A stretch of 64,000 bases of DNA, taken from positions 89,466,001 to 89,530,000 of the forward strand of contig NC_042997.1 of NCBI RefSeq assembly GCF_006345805.1. The letters are read 5' to 3'. Below are positions 61,711 to 64,000 of the stretch, piece after piece. A program made the position numbers and the translations under genes. The notes beneath the pieces are model-generated. The model saw only the letters and a list, made by a program, of their open reading frames with translations. It was not told the DNA's origin and did not search any database. Numbering within the stretch: position 1 is the stretch's first letter; every line of letters begins with the position of its first letter. This stretch comes from Octopus sinensis. Its lineage: Eukaryota.

Positions 61711-62279
61711 ATATATAATATCTATACACATAAACACAAATAAAATTTAATCAACCAGAAATTTTAATTATTGAATATTGTATCCACTTTGAAGTTCAGC
61801 TGTGTTCAACATGGCCAGAAGTTTTGTAGGGACTATTATGATACTGACAGAGTTTATTTCAGATTTATTTAAAAGTAATTCCTAGCCAGCAGAGATTTTA
61901 GGTGGAGTGATGAAATCATTTTTCTGTCTGATCAGGAGCATATTCTGTGTAATTTAATCTGTAACTGATTTTTAAAAAAAATCTGTTCTCATTGACCTAG
62001 TTAGATGTTGATACATATATATTTTTTTATTACAGTTAATTCATCCTTTATTTGATGATAAAACTTGTCTGTTAATACAAATCTTAGGATTAAAGATTCT
62101 TTCACCAAACTTTCAACAATCCAAACCCTTGAGTCCCGAAGACTCAGAAGAAATTCAGCTTGGTCCTGCCAAGTTTGTCTGTTGGACAGCAATAAATATC
62201 TTTGATGGGTGAGTCATTACTTCATTTTTTTCTCCTATTGTTATTGTCATCACATAGTCCCATTGCAAAGTCCAGTCCT

Positions 62280-62600
62280 TAATGCTGTGTGGTGGTTTGT
62301 TTGCCTCAGTAGCCCTGAGAGCTATGCCAGAAGAGCACAAGCTCCTGTTAAGGCCTCCCATGCTGGACAGGTCAAAGAACAGATACCAGACTAATATGGA
62401 CCATCTCTTCCAAGAGGTAAAAATGGGCTTGCATAGAACTAACACCCCTATCTAGAAAAAAACAGCAAGGTTACAGAACATTGATAACAATTTAACACCA
62501 ACAGAATGTGGAAGAAGTGGAAGAAGAAGGCCCAGAGTTGAAAACTAGAGAAAAGTTGTCAATGGCCTATGTTCCAAAGGAAGTGAAGAGCTTAAGTAAG
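62280..62600 (+). mobile_element. Possible internally deleted RTE-type element (5' UTR-like part joined to a 3' end with gtaagtaag tail)
   Basis: Recognised from RTE-like terminal motifs (ggcctatgttcc...gagcttaagtaag); not verified by alignment. Confidence 0.35.
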
Positions 62601-62991
62601 TATCACATAGTCTCAGCAAGAAGAGTAAGGTCTTTGTAGACTTTCCTCAGCTAGTGATACTTTTATAGGCTTTCTGCTGTACTAGTGGGGTCAATACACT
62701 TCCCGTTTAACTTGATATACAACTGTCTATGTCTGTAAGAAAAGTGTTGACTAGGTAGGTTTTTCAGAAAATTCCTACTCTGGGAAGGTAGGACTGAGTG
62801 ACCCTGATTAGTATGGGGTTGAGATAGGAATGACTGGATGGGAAGAGAAGGTGGGATGCGGTTTACTATTTCAGAGGAATAGAAACCATTGACACAGAGA
62901 TAATACAGCCTAATGGTGACAGCAGGGTGGTGAGTATATTGTTAACAAAAAAAGAAAAAAATTAGGTAGCTTTTCTTCTTCAATTTAACAG

Positions 62992-63090
62992 GATATATTT
63001 GTGTGTAGCAATAGCAATGTCCCATTTAAAAGTGCAGTACTATTCTGTAAATTGTGTTTGGTATTCATAGAAGGCCAGCAACTGTTCAAG
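62992..63090 (+). CDS. Weak candidate for the next exon of the host gene: DIFVCSNSNVPFKSAVLFCKLCLVFIEGQQLFK
   Basis: Strong acceptor ttttcttcttcaatttaacag| and an open phase-0 frame, but no clear donor. Confidence 0.2.
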
Positions 63091-63832
63091 TATCTTCTGA
63101 GTGTGTGTAGAGCATGGTTAAATCTGTAAGAAATTCATGAAGTTTTAGGTTTGATTCCACTGCATGACATTTTGGGGAAGAGTAATTTTCTATAGTTTCA
63201 AATTTGACTCAAGCCTAATAAGTCAAATTGGATAGATGGAAACTGTGCAGAAACTTGTATGATGCATTGTACTAGTCTGTAATTTAAAAGTCCAGCTTTG
63301 TCCCTTGTTATGTGACATTGATTCTATTTGAGTGTTATGTTAAGGGTAAAAGTATCTGTGAAATATTCAGTCACTGGCATGCTAATTCAATGAACAAGTA
63401 GTTCGGTTGATTGAACATCTGAATATTCATCATGGAAACTGGATGAGGTCCATTCACTTACCTTACATGTGTGTGAGTTACTGTAAATGGTATCCTTCAT
63501 TGGTTCCATTTCACCCATGATCTAAGTGTAGATTTATAACACCTTTAAGCTATGAGTCTTGTTGAATTTTGTGCAGCTTTGAACTTGGATTGAGAGTAGA
63601 ACTGCTTTTCTCATTTGGTTAGAGAATATTATTTTTACATTATGCTGCTAGAGAGTATGGTGAGCATATGATTTGATGACAGGGTCGAAAATGAGTCTCT
63701 CCTCCAAAATATAAGGCCTTGTGACAATAGTAGAGAGGATTTGTTATATAAAAAAAAACTATTTTCATAGCTTGGCATTGCTGTACTGAAGAAGACCCAC
63801 TCACCACAATAGAATTGAGATTGTAAAACCAA

Positions 63833-63987
63833 GGTGCCATATGAAAAGCATTAGTGTGGGTGCTGGTGCCACACGAAAAGCACTGGCACTGGTACCATGG
63901 AAAAAGCACTAGTGCTGGTGACACATAAAAAACACTGGTGTTGGTGCCACATAAAAAACACTGATGATGGTGCCATGTAAAAAGCCC
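63833..63987 (+). repeat. About 6 tandem ~26-bp units (ggtgccacgtaaaaagcactggtgct-like) in an RTE 3' UTR-related fragment
   Basis: Direct reading; the core ggtgcc/gcacgtaaaaagcac is shared with 18210-18230. Confidence 0.8.
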
Positions 63988-64000
63988 CCAGACTATGGAA

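Overview
AT-rich, microsatellite- and transposon-dense eukaryotic DNA. The repeat families look like those of an octopus genome; this is inferred from recognition, not a database search. One plus-strand multi-exon gene runs through almost the whole window. I can support 15 exons from 2384 to 55838 (about 860 aa), all with GT-AG ends. Reading phases join everywhere except at one unresolved junction (29251 to 41669), and both ends of the gene lie outside the supported range. The protein has a divergent Rab-GAP TBC-like domain followed by several C2-like beta-sandwich domains, and I cannot assign a gene symbol. The introns hold a young 5'-truncated RTE LINE with an uninterrupted 929-codon ORF (endonuclease, RT, PHD-type zinc finger), a CR1 3' fragment, several Penelope-like fragments, at least seven Tc1/mariner derivatives, hAT- and piggyBac-like MITEs, two Gypsy remnants and many tRNA-derived SINEs. 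The most interesting non-coding signals are Penelope-type minimal hammerhead ribozyme motifs, several long near-perfect intronic hairpins, a direct-plus-inverted composite insertion with a 13-bp target-site duplication, and repeated nesting of DNA transposons inside one SINE family. There are no prokaryotic features, CRISPR arrays, rRNA genes or bona fide tRNA genes.
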